This document shows, piece by piece, positions 27,886 to 41,775 of a stretch of 64,000 nt of DNA. Location of the stretch: the NCBI RefSeq assembly GCF_009914755.1, contig NC_060929.1; one strand, 5' to 3'. Numbering within the stretch: position 1 is the stretch's first letter; each line of letters opens with the position of its first letter. The notes under the pieces are model-generated. The model made no database searches. It saw only the letters and a list, made by a program, of their open reading frames with translations, and was not told the origin of the DNA. A program made the position numbers and the translations under genes. Origin of the DNA: the human T2T-CHM13v2.0 reference genome, Homo sapiens.

Positions 27886-30800
27886 AAGTATCCACATCCC
27901 TTCCAGATCTACTTCCTAGTTCCATCACATTCCAGCCTAGAACCTGGCAATCAGAGGCTCAACAAATCATCGATATTTGATGAATAAATGGATCAGTGAA
28001 TGAATGAGCTAAGACCCTCCCATCCAGACTTCTGGGCTGAGATGCAAGCCAGGAGCATGCACTAAAAGCCACTGATACCTTCCCCACATTTTCAGACAGG
28101 GGAATCCGGGAAGGGCTGGACACCCAGAAAGGCTGTCCATGGCTGGAGTCTGTTCTGAATTAGAACAGAGCCTGTGTTCATTTTCAGCTTTTTTGGCATT
28201 GTTATTTTTTTAGCTTTAGCACTGGATCAGGATCGGAAATCGCCCCCCATGTGATGACGGCTGGGGTGGAGTTTAACTTTTTTATTAACCCCATTTGGGA
28301 TAAAGCTGGCTCCCACATTGTGAGCATAGCAGAGCCCTTAGACTGCCAAGAAATGGGACATAATTGATACCACCAGAAGAGACTTTTTCCTACTCCCATC
28401 CCATGGGAGAAAAAAAAATGTCCTGGGCAATTCTTCTATCTTCTCCTTAAATGCTCTTCATTTGGGGAAAATTGCCCTGGGTTGAGACTGAAGTTCCTCA
28501 ATCTCCATTTTATCTGCTTTTGCCCATATTAACAGTTTGACACAGAAACTGTTGGGTGGCCAATTTTTCAAGACTACTGAATCTTTTCTAGCTTCTCTAG
28601 AAATTGTAAATAAGAAACAGATATGGGGAATGTGCCAAGGTGTGAAAAAAATCTTTTTAAAAAAGATAGTTGTCTAGGTTACTCAGCTAAAAAGAATCGA
28701 TTGAGGAAAAATATGGTAAAAATGTCTGGATATTTTATTGGTGTTAGTTAGAAAGCATTTCAGCTATTCCACCAGGCAGATTCTTTCACAGTAATAAAGG
28801 GCCACTTGAATGGGATTGTCTTTGAGTTGATAAGGAAGATAATGAAACAGAGTATATTAATAGTCTACTGGGGAATGGGGGGTAGGGGAAGGCTTTTTGG
28901 CATTGCTTATCAAAATAAGAGGAATGTACCAATTAACTGAAAAGATAAACTGTAGTCAAAGGAATGTTGTAGACCATCCAGGGGATATTAAAACAATCTT
29001 TTGTGATTATTTTAAACTTTCTATTTGCAGAAAGCAGATATGAAAATTGGAGTTTTTATTAGTCTTTCTGATGTAACGCTAAGAAAATCAAGGGTTGTTT
29101 TTGACTTTGTTAGAAAATGAAGCATTAGGTGAAATATAAAAGGAAATCTCTCACAGATGCAGGGGAAATAAATAAAAAAAAATAAAGTGAGAAGGTAAAC
29201 AAGCATCTATTTTTTAACCTGGCAAATGACATAGAATCAAGAGTTGCTACCTATACCTCTTCAATAACAATCGCCCTAAAACTGAACCATGGAATTCCCC
29301 CACCCTGATCTCAGTCTCGATTCTGATCCACGCACACCTTGTCAGAACTACCAGTTACTTGACAGATACATGGCTGCTGGGGCAAAAGACTTGGCACAGG
29401 GTGTGCCTTCCCTTTGAGGGTGGTGAGAGGAGAGTGTTTGAGACCAAAGACGGAGAACATGTCGGTGTGGAGAGCATCTGCAAGCTGGAGTCCCAGGATT
29501 CAGATTCCCCATGCCCCCACACATGTGTACATAACAGAAACTCTGACAAGCCCCCACATTATCAGTGCTGCATTTACAAAATGGGTAGACTATCATTGTC
29601 TTAGTTTTCTTAGCTTTCTATAATGTGAATACACAGTGGCACTGCATGGAGGTTAGAAAGCACAGAGTCTAGGTTCCAATTCCAACTCCTTCAGTCACCT
29701 GCTATGTAGAGTTGGGTCTACTTAACCTATCCGCACCTCTGGTTTCCTCTGCTACAAATAGGGGCTCATAATAATGCCCCACCTTTTTGTTACCACTATG
29801 TAATACTGTGCTGAGCCCATGAAAGTATCATATCCATCATCATTATTACTAACAACTCAATCAGAAATGGCAAACAATGTTGTAAAATTAACGCTTCACA
29901 AGTAATCACGAAAATAATCAGAAAATGTTAAAACAATGAAGCACTACACGTGTAACTATGAGAGTTGAAAATACTTCTAACAACGTATTCCCTATACTGC
30001 AGATGAGAAAACTGAGGCCCAAGGAGGAAAAATAATTTGCCCAAGGTTTCATGGGTAGCTAATTCCGAATCAGGACCAGAGCCTGGTACTTTCTGAACCA
30101 AATACAAAATTCATTATATTTATTATATAGGGCTATTAGTAAAAAGAAGGTAGCTTCAGGTACCAAGACTTTAGCTGTCACTTCTAGTAACAATTTGCCA
30201 GCTAAGATTCCATGGCATACAAATACCAAGGCAGTGGCCAATTGGCCCAGTCTGTACTTCTTGCATGGAGCCACACTTATGGGTCAAAATTAACTACCAA
30301 GTAAAGATGGAAAATAAAATCTAAATTGCTTTTTCCTGTACCTCTGAATGTCTTAGACTTTTCGACAGACAAGCACTTGGGAAGTTTCTTATCACTCACA
30401 GACTTAAGGATTGATGAAAGTGTTCAATATTCAGCAATGAAACCTAATATTCCTTGCTCCTCTAGTCCATCAATGCCCATTTCAAATTTTGCTACCTGTC
30501 TGCACAGCTGTGGGTGTTCAGCAAGGGCCCTGACCCTTTCTGATGCTCTCCTCCCCTCCTCTCCATTAAGCTACAAGACAGATAACTTTTGTCCTGATTG
30601 CTCTTTTAATGCACAGGCTGGAGAAGAAATTATCATCTCTATGAAAGGGAAGCATGGTTAGTCAACCTGACATCGCTGTCATCCTAGAAGCTGGGCATGG
30701 TGATTTATTTGTTCATAGCCTTCCACTTTCCCTATCACTGGAACTAAGTTCTTCCATCGATCTAGCTCAGCCAGCAGCATCTAGACACAGAATGTGATAC

Positions 30801-30961
30801 CTGTAAGCATGTGGGTACGCTAACGAGGGGCTTTCTGCTGCAGAATGGTGAATTCCTGTTGTCCAGGGCTTGGGAGTGTGATGTCAGGGGCAGTGGAACA
30901 TTTTTTTGTGAGGCTGAAGAGCTAAAAATGAAAACACACTTGAGAGCCATCAACTACTTAC

Positions 30962-31033
30962 AAGACTCGGAGGTTCTTGAGCCCAGCGAAGTCCATCTTG
31001 GTGATCCTGGTGATATTATTTCTGTCCAGGTCA
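30962..31033 (-). CDS. SLIT3: SLIT3 coding exon 2 (72 nt, one LRR, phase 2-2)
   Basis: Minus strand ctctccattgcAG|T GAC CTG GAC...CGA GTC TT|GTAAGT encodes (L)[23 protein letters not shown](L); in frame with exon 3. Confidence 0.98.
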
Positions 31034-33019
31034 CTGCAATGGAGAGCAAATTCAGGTCAGATTTTTGTGGGTTACAATTACGGTCTATTTAATCCAGACT
31101 GGCTTGGACTGAAGGGATGTTGCTTGTCCAGAAGGCGGCAATTCTGATGATTAACGATATCCCTTGAGCGTGCCCGGCTAACCTTAAGGATATTGTATGG
31201 AATAAACCATTCATTATGCACATAGCAGAACTCTTTTATATGTAACTGCCTGCCTTCTGTGGTCCCTTCTTTAGGTAACAAATTTTTCTGTTGAAGTTTC
31301 CCCTCCCCCAACTCTCAGATCATGTCATACAAATGGGGCTGACCCCTCTTTCCAGCTCTAGGCACTGGCATCTGATCCAGGCCAGGCTGATAAGTATCTT
31401 CAGTTTTCCTGACCACAGCAAATGTTTCAGAAATGCCTAAATGACTCAAAATCCCAATAACTGTTTATCTACTGGGATTGCTAAGCTGTTCAGGGTAGCC
31501 AGAAGCCATCTCACCGCCACAAAAACAGTGAGCAGATGGTGCTCTCCTGTGAATGTCCAGACTCACTCATGCCTGAAGCCAGATACCTCTGTATTTTGAG
31601 AGTGTATGACCCATTCTATCCCATCTCTCCTATATTTTGATTTAAACCAGTTTGAGTTGAATTTTCTATCACTTGAAATCAAAAGAATTTGCCTGACTTT
31701 GGTATGTAGCTAGAAACCAACAAACAAGACAAAAATTGTCTATTTTCCAGCTACTTTGCAAACTCCCTGAGGGCAAAGGCCACATCTCATTTAACTCCAT
31801 ACCCAACATAGTAGATAGAGTATGTGCTTGGCACCCAGTAGAGGTAACTTAACTCATTTCACATGTTAGGTAAAGACATTTGCATGGATTACTCCTGCCT
31901 CAATTTATAGGCTTAAGCTCCTGAATATAGCCCCAAAGAGAAGGATTTGCCATAGAAGAGCTGAAGTGGTGGCGGTGATATTGAAGTGAGGGTGGAGGGC
32001 AGCATGGATGATGGAAAAACAGTTAAGAAAAACTGAAGTCACGAACAAGCCTGTGAACAACTGCATGAATATTCCGTGTTCACTAAAATAATCTAACAAG
32101 ACTGAACGCCAAAAAAAGGAACCATGAATAATATGCTACAGTTCTCAATAATGGATGCTGAATAATTGATCCCTACAGATTCTGCCCTCTTTAACCCTCA
32201 CTTTTCAGGGTTTTGGCCCTTGGAGTTTCAACAAGGTATCTGTGAATTGTCTTTTCTTTCTGAACATTTATATACTAAGAGCCATTTTTCCAATGATGAA
32301 TCCCCATCCAAACATTCATCTCTTCGGTTTTCCTAGTTGCTTCCTAAAGATGCCACCCTGCAATTATGCCTCCTTTATACAGTTGCATAAAATGAACAGG
32401 AAAGGCATTTTCAGATTCCAGCACTTTATATATATATAAAAAATTCAAGTTTGAGGAGGGATTAATCTCCTGATATCAGACATAATACTGAAATAAAAAT
32501 CAAGTGAGTCCTTGAGTAACCTCACACAGGTACCTCCTCCTTTCCTCCTTGAGTTTTCCAATACCTAAAACAGCATCAAAGTTGTTTCTGAACTAGCTTG
32601 TGATGGAGAAAAGCAGTATTTAGACTTCTCTGGCTAATCTGAGTGCTGGTTTAGAAGAAAAAAAAAAAAGCATAGCAAGAATTACCCAGGAAAATAAAGA
32701 AGGGTTATCCATGCAGGGATGGGAAACCTGCAGACAGAAATCTGTACACACTCCAAAGCATCACACGTGTTCTTCTTACCTCCCATCTGAATTCAGATGG
32801 ATGTTTGGGGACCTTGACAACTGTGAATATGACAATGCAACCAAGGGTTTAATTACCAGGACACAGCATGGTATCTCAGCAGCTTGTGCCAGCATCTGCA
32901 GCACTAATATTTTGAATATTTATTATGTCAAAGCACACAAAGTGCACTGCTGAAATGCTAAGGATGTGGCGGGGGGCAGAAGGTGTGCTGTGGGACTGTC
33001 CCCGGCACAGAGTTAGTGT

Positions 33020-33245
33020 TTGGGAGCTGAGCTTCAGAGGCAGGCAGTCCTGAGCTTGAATCCCTGTCCTGCCACTTACTGAGTGATCTAATGGCAGTGC
33101 ACTTCATCTCTGAGGTGCGGTTTCTCCATTTACAAATGAGGCTGACAATCTTGACCTCAGGAGCTTTGATGAGGGTTAAATGAGATGATGTACACACAGC
33201 ACTTATCTGGCACTTGTTAAGTACTCAATCATGGCAGCTATTACT
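33020..33245 (+). mobile_element. MIR (representative; many more MIR/L2 fragments e.g. ~3650, 6100, 22570, 29640, 37520, 45130, 46600, 50300, 54350, 59280)
   Basis: ttgaatccctgtcctgccacttact...tttctccatttacaaatgagg...gagggttaaatgagatgatgta. Confidence 0.8.
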
Positions 33246-35175
33246 GTAATTAGTTGAAGCGCATCTCTCCCATCTCAACTTTGAAATTTCAGTTCACCAG
33301 CAGAAGCTGACAGCCCCATACCCCAAACTTTGTGCCCACGGATGAATCCTGGGGTCCCCAAGACACTCCTTGTTGGTGTGCTCTCTTCCTACGGGTAAAA
33401 AAAGGCATCTATTTTGTGGCTGACAAATAGAATAATGGGGCCAAGGGTACTCCCCCAGCCCACTGCCTGTCCTTCGCAGCATTTCTGTGACCTCTATTTC
33501 CTTAGTATCTAAGTGCAAGTGACACAGGGGCTACGGAGGAGGGATGGGCTCTCCCCTCCCACTGAGCTGTGCTGCCTGCCTCTGCCCACCTCCCAAACAC
33601 ACATACTGCCAGGAAGGCCAGGGAGCACGTGGGCTTTGAGGTGAGATACCTCTAGCCCCCAACTCCACACAGCTGGGTCTGGGTGAGTTTGAGTAACTTA
33701 CTTACATTCTCTGGGCCTGCATGCTTTGTAGGAGCTTTGTCTCCTACTTGCAGGCCATAGGATGATGAGAAACACAAAGCTGGGGATTCAACACACGCGG
33801 TTAGAAATGGGAATGGATTACACTGACCCTGAGGAGAGGCTGCCTGTCCCAAGGCCAGCCCCCACTGTCCCGGCCCAGACTCCTCCAGACCTTTATGACC
33901 TTCAGCTCTGGCCTCAAGGGAGTCAGTGTATGTCAGCCTGGGATGGGTTCTGAACTGTCAGCAGGAGGGGTGATCCTGGATGGGGGCCAAGGACAGTGTC
34001 CAGATGTGGATGTGGGAAGTGTGGTGGTCTCCAAACATGTCTGTCATTTCTTTCTTTCTTTTTTTTTTTTAAATACACTTGCTATCAAGAGATGGTGTCT
34101 ATGCCAATTTCCCTTGAACTTGAGCAGGCTTTGAGACTGCTGGACAAACAAGACTGTGGCAGAAATGATGCTGCAGAGCTTCTGAGGCTAGCTTAGAAGA
34201 GGCAATAGGGGAGGGGCTTGCTCTCTCACTCCCCTCACTTGTACTGCAGCCTTGAGCTGCCATATGAGAAAAGCAGATGATCTGAAGCCTCCATGCTGGT
34301 GAAACCACATGGAGGAAGAGGATGAGGATGAGGGAGAGATGCCAGCCCTGGCTTGAGTCTTTCCAGCCCAGAGGTCAGGCACATTAGGTGCAGATACCTT
34401 TGGGACTCAGCCTCAGCCACCATCTGGTTATAACTTATGAGAAACTCTAAGCCAGAATCGCCCAGCTGAATGAACCACTCTTGAAATCCTGACCCACAGA
34501 AGCTGTAAGAGATAATACAGTCATGTAACATATAGCAATGTTTCAGTCAATGAGGATGGCATATCTGATGGTGGTCCCATAAGATCATAACGGAGCTGAA
34601 AAATTCCTAGTGACATCATAACACAACATATCACTCACATGTTTATGTGACGCTGGTGAAAACAAATCTACTGCACTGCCAGTTGTATGCAAGTACAGCA
34701 CATGCAGTTATGTACAGTACCTAATACTTGATAATAATAAGTGACTGTGTTACTGGTATTTACTATGCCATACTGTTATCACTATTTTAGAGCATACTCC
34801 TTCTACTTATTTTAAAAAATAGTTAATGGTAAAACAGCTTCACGCATGTCCTTGAGGAGGTATTCCAGAGGAAGGCATTGTTATCATAAGAGATGACAGC
34901 TCCATGTGTGTTACTGCCCTTGAAGACTTACCAGTGGGACAAGATGTGGAGGCAGAAGACAGTGAGATGGATGATCCTGACCCTGTGTAGACCTAGGCTA
35001 ATGTGCGTGCTTGTGTCTTAGTTTTTAATAAAACAGTTTAAAAAGTAAAAAAAGTTTATAAAATAAGCATACAAGGGAAGAAAATATTTTTGTATACCTA
35101 TACAGTTTGCGTTTTAAGCTAAGTGTTATTACGAAGGAATAAAAAAAAATTAAAAGTTTATAAAGTTAAAAAGTT

Positions 35176-35490
<315 letters not shown>

Positions 35491-35738
35491 TTACTATTGA
35501 AGAAATGTACAAATATTTAGCATAGCCTAAGTGTACAGTGTTTGTCAAGTCAACAGTAGTGAATAGTAATGTCCTAGGCCTTCATATTCACCCACCACTC
35601 ACTCACTGACTCTCCTGGAGCAACTTCCAGTCCTGCAAGCTCCATTCATGGTAAGTACCTATTTAGGTATACTATTTTTTTTTTATCTTTTATACCGTAT
35701 CTTTATTTTTGTGCCTTTCTTTTCTATGTCTGATATTT

Positions 35739-35878
35739 AGCCAGTCATGGTGATATACACCTATAGTCCCAGCCACTTAGGAGGCTGAGGTAGGAGGATT
35801 GCTTGAGCAATCCAGGAGTTCAAGACTGGACTGGGCAACATAGCAAGACCCTGTCTCTTAAAAGAACAACAACAAAAC
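35739..35878 (+). mobile_element. FLAM/Alu monomer
   Basis: Single monomer cacctatagtcccagc...gggcaacatagcaagaccctgtctct plus A-rich tail. Confidence 0.8.
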
Positions 35879-36521
35879 AGTAGATATATCTAGATACACA
35901 AATACTCACCATTGCTCAGCATTGTCTTACAACTGCCTATAGTATTCAGTGGAGTAACCTGCTGTGCGGGTTTATAGCCTAGAAGCAATAGGCTATACCC
36001 ATATCTCCTATGTGTGTAGTAGGCTAGACCATCTAGGTTTGTGCAAGTGCACTCATGACTTTCACGCAACAACGAAATTGCCAAGGACACATTTCTCAGA
36101 ATGTATCCCTGTCGTTAAACACACATTACTGTACCAAAGTGACCACTGTGTCTTAACGCATGAAGTTTTGGGGTGATTCATTTTATAACAATAGAGAGGT
36201 GGAACAGAAAGGAGGAGAAAGCCACCTTCTGAATACACAATATTTACCATTAGCAATGGAACCCCATTCACATGGCTTTTGGTGGCAAGGCCTTTCTGAG
36301 ACTTTTGTGCCACCTCTGAGAACCTCAGTCCTGTCATTATGGTCAAGGATGGCTCATGGGGGCAGAAGGCTCCCGAGTTATTCTGGGAACGAGGTGAGAA
36401 CTGTTCCTTCTCTCAAGCTCAAAGGAGAAAAGACTGCATAATTAGAGATGCCCCTCCCTCCAAGTAGGGCTTAGGATACCATGGGAATCACCTATGATGT
36501 TAGGTTACTAATCACAGTAAT

Positions 36522-36643
36522 GATTATCATTCATTGAGCATTGTGGCAGACTGGTGAGTTGTTTTGAGTTGTGCTCAAGACAGAGGGAAAAAGGTTTCAT
36601 GGACAACTCACCAGTCTGCCACAATGCTCTATGAATGATAATC
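36522..36643. repeat. 41-bp inverted repeat (40/41 identity), 40-nt spacer
   Basis: gattatcattcattgagcattgtggcagactggtgagttgt (36522-36562) vs acaactcaccagtctgccacaatgctctatgaatgataatc (36603-36643). Confidence 0.97.
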
Positions 36644-36649
36644 GTGGAC

Positions 36650-37073
36650 AACTCACCAGCCTGAGCATACAGATAGATTACATTTCCTAGCTTTCTTTGC
36701 ATGTATGTGCAACCATGTGACTGAATTCTCATCACGATTACAGGAGCACAAGTACTATATGCTGCCTTCAGGCCTGAGGAATAAAACTTTCTGCCCCATC
36801 CTTTACACTGTCTTCTCTCATCTTGGGTGGGATTCAGTAGATACACTGGAGGATCCCAGGGATGGGAAACTGAAAGAACCCGAGTCCCTGAATGACTGCA
36901 TGAAACAGAGGCCTCTCCTCCTTTGGATCCCCACAGCCCCCCACCCCAACCTCCCCGCCCCCACCCCGCCCCACAACCATTTACACACATTAAACTCAGA
37001 CCTATTCAAGAAATAACTCCTAAACCACTGAAATGTGGAAACTATTTGTTATGGCAGTCTACGCTGACGAATA
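36650..37073 (+). mobile_element. MLT1 (J-like) LTR
   Basis: ctgagcatacagatagattacatttcctagc...ccatgtgactgaattct...gagtccctgaatgactgcatg...taaaccactgaaatgtgg. Confidence 0.65.
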
Positions 37074-37085
37074 AAATATCTTTGA

Positions 37086-37471
<386 letters not shown>

Positions 37472-38654
37472 TAGGTAATCTTACTTCAACGAATTAAAAT
37501 GCTGTAGATCAGCCTTAATAAAAGCTGATATTTGCTGGACCCATACTACGCACCAGGTACTGTGCTGAGGACTTTGTGTTCATTTATCTAATCCAGACAG
37601 CAACCATATATGGTAGGTACTATTACCTCATTTTTCACATGAGGAAGCTGAAGTTTAGTTTCCCCCATCCCCACCCTAAGCTTAGAAGATTTTTACCAAT
37701 AAAGAAATTTGACATGAGTTCACATACCAGGGAAGTGGGTAATGCTGAGATTTGAACCTGGGCTCTCTGAATGCAAAGGCCATAGTTTCACTTATCACAT
37801 CCTACTGCTCATTTACCATTAGAGCATTTTTTTTATACTGCATCAGGTTATCCACTGAATTTTTTAAAAGAATGCATAAATAAATGCACAAACAAACATA
37901 ATAGAATTTCCCACTCCCGTGCCTTGGAGAAAAACAAAGACATACCCTTAGTAACTTTGCTTCCCCCACTCCAGCTAACAGAGCACATTTCCTACCCTGT
38001 CTCCCAGTGAAGTCCTGGCCAAGGGAAGTGGCTGAGCCCCTCTGCAAGCTCAAGGAGGAAGAGCTTTCTTGCTGTGTTTACCCCTGTCTGGTTTTGGTCA
38101 TGTTGCTCAGCATCTGCCATGTTGCCTCTATAAACAGGCATCACCATGGTAATTTGGATTGTTTTTCCCCATCCCAATCAGTGAATCATAAACCAATGCT
38201 GCGACTTGGAGCTTTGTGGTATTTTCACATCTGTTTGACACCTTGGGTGGGGTAGGGAGAAAGAAGAATTCAGAACAACACTGGAAAAAATGAAACAAAA
38301 ATGACATTTTCTAGGTCAGGCCACTGGCCTTATCTTGGCACATGTATATCCATACCCTTCTTTTTATTCATTCTGTGGCATTCCTGCAAAATTTTCTTCC
38401 AGCTGTGGCACATCTGGGAAGAGCAAGGAGTGAAAAAACAGCCCTCAGTGAAAGCATAGTGTGGGGAAAAGGGCTTCAATTATAAATTCAAATGGTGTGG
38501 ATTTGAATCTCAACCTTTTCACTCCTTAGCTATGTGGCTTTGAGAAAGGCACTTAACTTTATGGAACTCCCATTGTTGTTGCTGTGACTTTTGTAAAACA
38601 TGACCCAAAATACCACGTCTGTCAGATCACCATGAGGCTCAATTGAGAAAGTAC

Positions 38655-38932
38655 TTTTTTTTTGGAGACAGAGTCTTGCTCTCTTGCTCAGGCTGAAGGG
38701 CAGTGGCTCAATCTCACCTCACTGCAACCTCCACCTCCCAGGTTCAAGTGATCCTCCCGAGTAGCTGGGATTACAGGTGCCATCACCACATCTGGCTAAT
38801 TTTTGTATTTTTAGTAGAGACGGGGTTTCACCAGGTTGGCCAGGCTGGTCTCGAACTCCTGACCTCAGGTGATCCAACCGCCTCAGCCTCCCAAAGTGCT
38901 GGGATTACAGGCGTGAGCCATGGCACCTGGCC
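38655..38932 (-). mobile_element. AluSx-like inside MIR
   Basis: Reverse Alu; TSD gaaagtacttt / ggaagtacttt. Confidence 0.92.
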
Positions 38933-39618
38933 AAGGAAGTACTTTCTAAACAGCATTCAGAGTGGTTAATTTTTCACCCACGGGCTACAACAGGTAGGGA
39001 GAGGATGCAATGGTGTAGCTTGGGATAGACTTTTAAAAAGATGTTCATCTGTGATAGTGAGATCTGTGATAGTTAGGGAGCACACCATTGCTCAGACCAG
39101 ACTTTTAAGACTACCTGTCCCCTGTACACTGAGTATTTACAGAATACTGCCTTCTGGGTTTCAGGAAAGAAGATCAGGTCTCAACATGAAGTAAACCTGT
39201 AGGGGCTACCATACAATGCAGTTATTCCTTATTACAAGGCTATGCAGGCAAAATTAACTCATGTTGGGCATGATGTCTAGGAGATCCTTGTGATGGGTAG
39301 GAGGCTGAACTACATGACCTATGGAGTCCTGTCAATAACTCTGTAATTGTCATCTTTTGGGAGCCCAGAGCCAAATGAATTTTTAGAAAATGAAATATAG
39401 CTTGGTCCTTGTTTTCAAGGAGCCTGGAGTCTAGCTGAGGATGAGCTAAGACTCAGGAGATTCTTAGAGAACAAGGCAAGAATTTGCAAAATGAAACGTT
39501 AAGGGATGTGGTCTAAACACCAAGGGGAGTAGACAAGCAGGAAGTCAGAGAGAAGACCTCCTGCTCCTGAATAAACCTTTCAATGTGTGACGCCTCCACA
39601 TTCAAGTTCCCACAGCAT

Positions 39619-39739
39619 AGCTATCTCAATGGATTGTTCACTCAGTTACAGATTGAAGTAGTTGTTCTACTCTTTCCCCTCCTTCTCACAACTGCACTTG
39701 AGTAGTCTTAAAAAAAATAAACAACTTTAAAAAAAAAAA
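39619..39739 (+). pseudogene. 5'-truncated Y RNA (hY1/RNY1-derived) retropseudogene with A tail
   Basis: agctatctcaatggattgttcactcagttacagattgaagtagttgttctactctttcccctccttctcacaactgcacttgagtagtctt matches hY1 from about nt 19 to its end; then an A tract and a decayed TSD tcccacagcat / tcccatagtgt. Confidence 0.93.
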
Positions 39740-40473
39740 TCCCATAGTGTGATTTGAGGACTCCTACTCAGGAAAGGGGTAAGAGGAGCCAGAATTAAGA
39801 GGCCCCCATAGCACTTCCTGACCCTTCATTTACCACCAGCAAAGAGGTTCCAACCAAATCAGAACAAGTTGGCAAGGAAGCAGTGGCCTCAGTTTCAGTT
39901 ATGCACTCACTACGCTTTCCACCTGAATGGGCCACATCACAGAAAGGGCAAGGTTCTGTGCTTTTTCTCTTCCCTATGAGCTAAGCAGGGGATGCAGGAA
40001 GGATCAGACCGAGGACGGGGTATTCGTCCTCCCTGAGAGCTCACCCACGTTAGCTAGTTTTGCCAACAAAGGTTACAGTTCGTCTTTATGACTGTCCATT
40101 TCTTGGTTCCAGGACACTTTTCTTCCTATTTCTTCTGGCTTAGAGGTGATAATTGCTCCATTGCTTCTATGGTCTTGGGTTCTACAGTATCTCTCTGAAA
40201 CATACCCACACCTCTGAAATGATCCCTGTGTAAATAAATCAACTCTCCTGGAATATTCCTAATTTGAATTTTCTACCTGTTTTCTATTTCTTACTGATAC
40301 ACCATTCATTCATTCATTCAACAAGTCTTCATCATTAAGTTTCAGGAATTGTGCTAAATGCTGGTATATAGCTATAAACAATAGTGGCGTGGTCTCTGCC
40401 CATAAGAAACTCAGAGTTTAGAGAGGAAGAAATAAAGGAGTAATTACCATAGACTATGATAAACGCTGTATAC

Positions 40474-40693
40474 CATAGGTTGGCAACCTTTTTCTTTAAA
40501 GGCCAGATAGTAAATAATTTGGGTTCTGCCAGTCATGTTTTCTATCACAACTATTCAACTCAGCTTTGTAGTGTGAGAGTAGCCTTAGACAATATATAAA
40601 TAAATGAGTATGGCTGTGTGCCAATAAAACTTTATTTACGAAGACAGACTGAAGGCTGGATTTGGCCCAGGGGCTGTCGTTTATAGACTCCTG
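40474..40693. mobile_element. MER58A (hAT-Charlie)
   Basis: ggttggcaacctttttctttaaaggccagatagtaaata...ggctgtgtgccaataaaactttattta. Confidence 0.85.
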
Positions 40694-41002
40694 CTCTCTA
40701 CTATGCCAGAGGCATAAACAAAAGCTTACAGAAGAGTATGGAGGAAGGAGTATGGAGTAATTGGGGTGTAGGGTCGGGGGAGGCATCCAGGAACAGGTGA
40801 CATTTTAATTGAGACCTCAAGAAAGAGTTGGCTATATTCAGGTTGGCATAGGAATATTCAAGAGAGAGAAAAAGAATTTTAGGTTTAAAAACAAAAAACA
40901 AAAAAAAACCCCAGCATGTATAAAAGCCCAGAGGCATTGCCTCAGGATAACTGCCAGCAGATTTATTTGGCTGTTAAAGCATGTTTCAAGAGAAACACAG
41001 AT

Positions 41003-41155
41003 CTTTCTTCCCTTCCTTCTTTCTTCTTTTCTTTCCTTATTTTCTTCTTTCCTTTCCTCCCTCTCTCTCCTTTCCTTAATTCCTTCCTTCCTTCCCTCCC
41101 CATCTCCTTTCCTTTTTTTAAAATCCCTCCCTCCTTTCCTTGCTTCTTTTCTTCC
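41003..41155. repeat. CT-rich low-complexity polypyrimidine tract
   Basis: About 150 bp almost purely C/T. Confidence 0.9.
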
Positions 41156-41273
41156 TACAACAAACTTTTATTAAACACCTACTCCAGACCTGGCACTATG
41201 CTGATGGCTAAGGATAGACAGTAAAACAATAGCAAAGAAGTTCCTTTTAAGGAACTTTTATTTCTTTGCTGAA

Positions 41274-41775
41274 TGCCGCAGACAGATTCTAAGGTGGTCC
41301 CCAGTATCAACACCTTCCCCTCTCCTTGAGTGGGCAGAACCTAGAGACCTGCTTCTAACCCATGCAACACAAAAAAGGTGGTCGGATGTCACCTTTGTGA
41401 CATGTTACATGGGACGGCAATGCCCGTCTTGCTATAGGACTCTTTCTCTTGCTGGCTGTGATGAAGCAGGTGGCCATGTTTGGGAGGCCCACATGCCAAG
41501 GAACTGGAGGCAGCCTCTACCCACAACCAACCAAGAATTCAAGACAACCAGCAGGAACCTGAAGCCTTCTAATAGACTGCAAGGAACTGAATTATCCCAA
41601 TAACCTTGAGAGCTTGGAAGCAGGTCCTTCTCCAGTTGAGCCTTGAGATGAGATCACAACCTCAACCAAACCCTTGTGTGCAGCCTTATGAAACCCTGAA
41701 GCAGAGGGCCGAGACAAATGGAAGGTGCTGAATGCCTGTTGTTTTAAGCCACGAAGTTTGCTATCATTATATGAC
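41274..41775 (+). mobile_element. MLT1 (E/F-like) LTR
   Basis: cagattctaaggtggtcccc...ggaagcaggtccttctccagttgagccttgagatga...tgttgttttaagccacgaagttt. Confidence 0.75.

Noticed and set aside
39047-39073. atctgtgatagt direct repeat with 15-bp period
   Set aside because: Tiny slippage duplication with no further structure; not an array.
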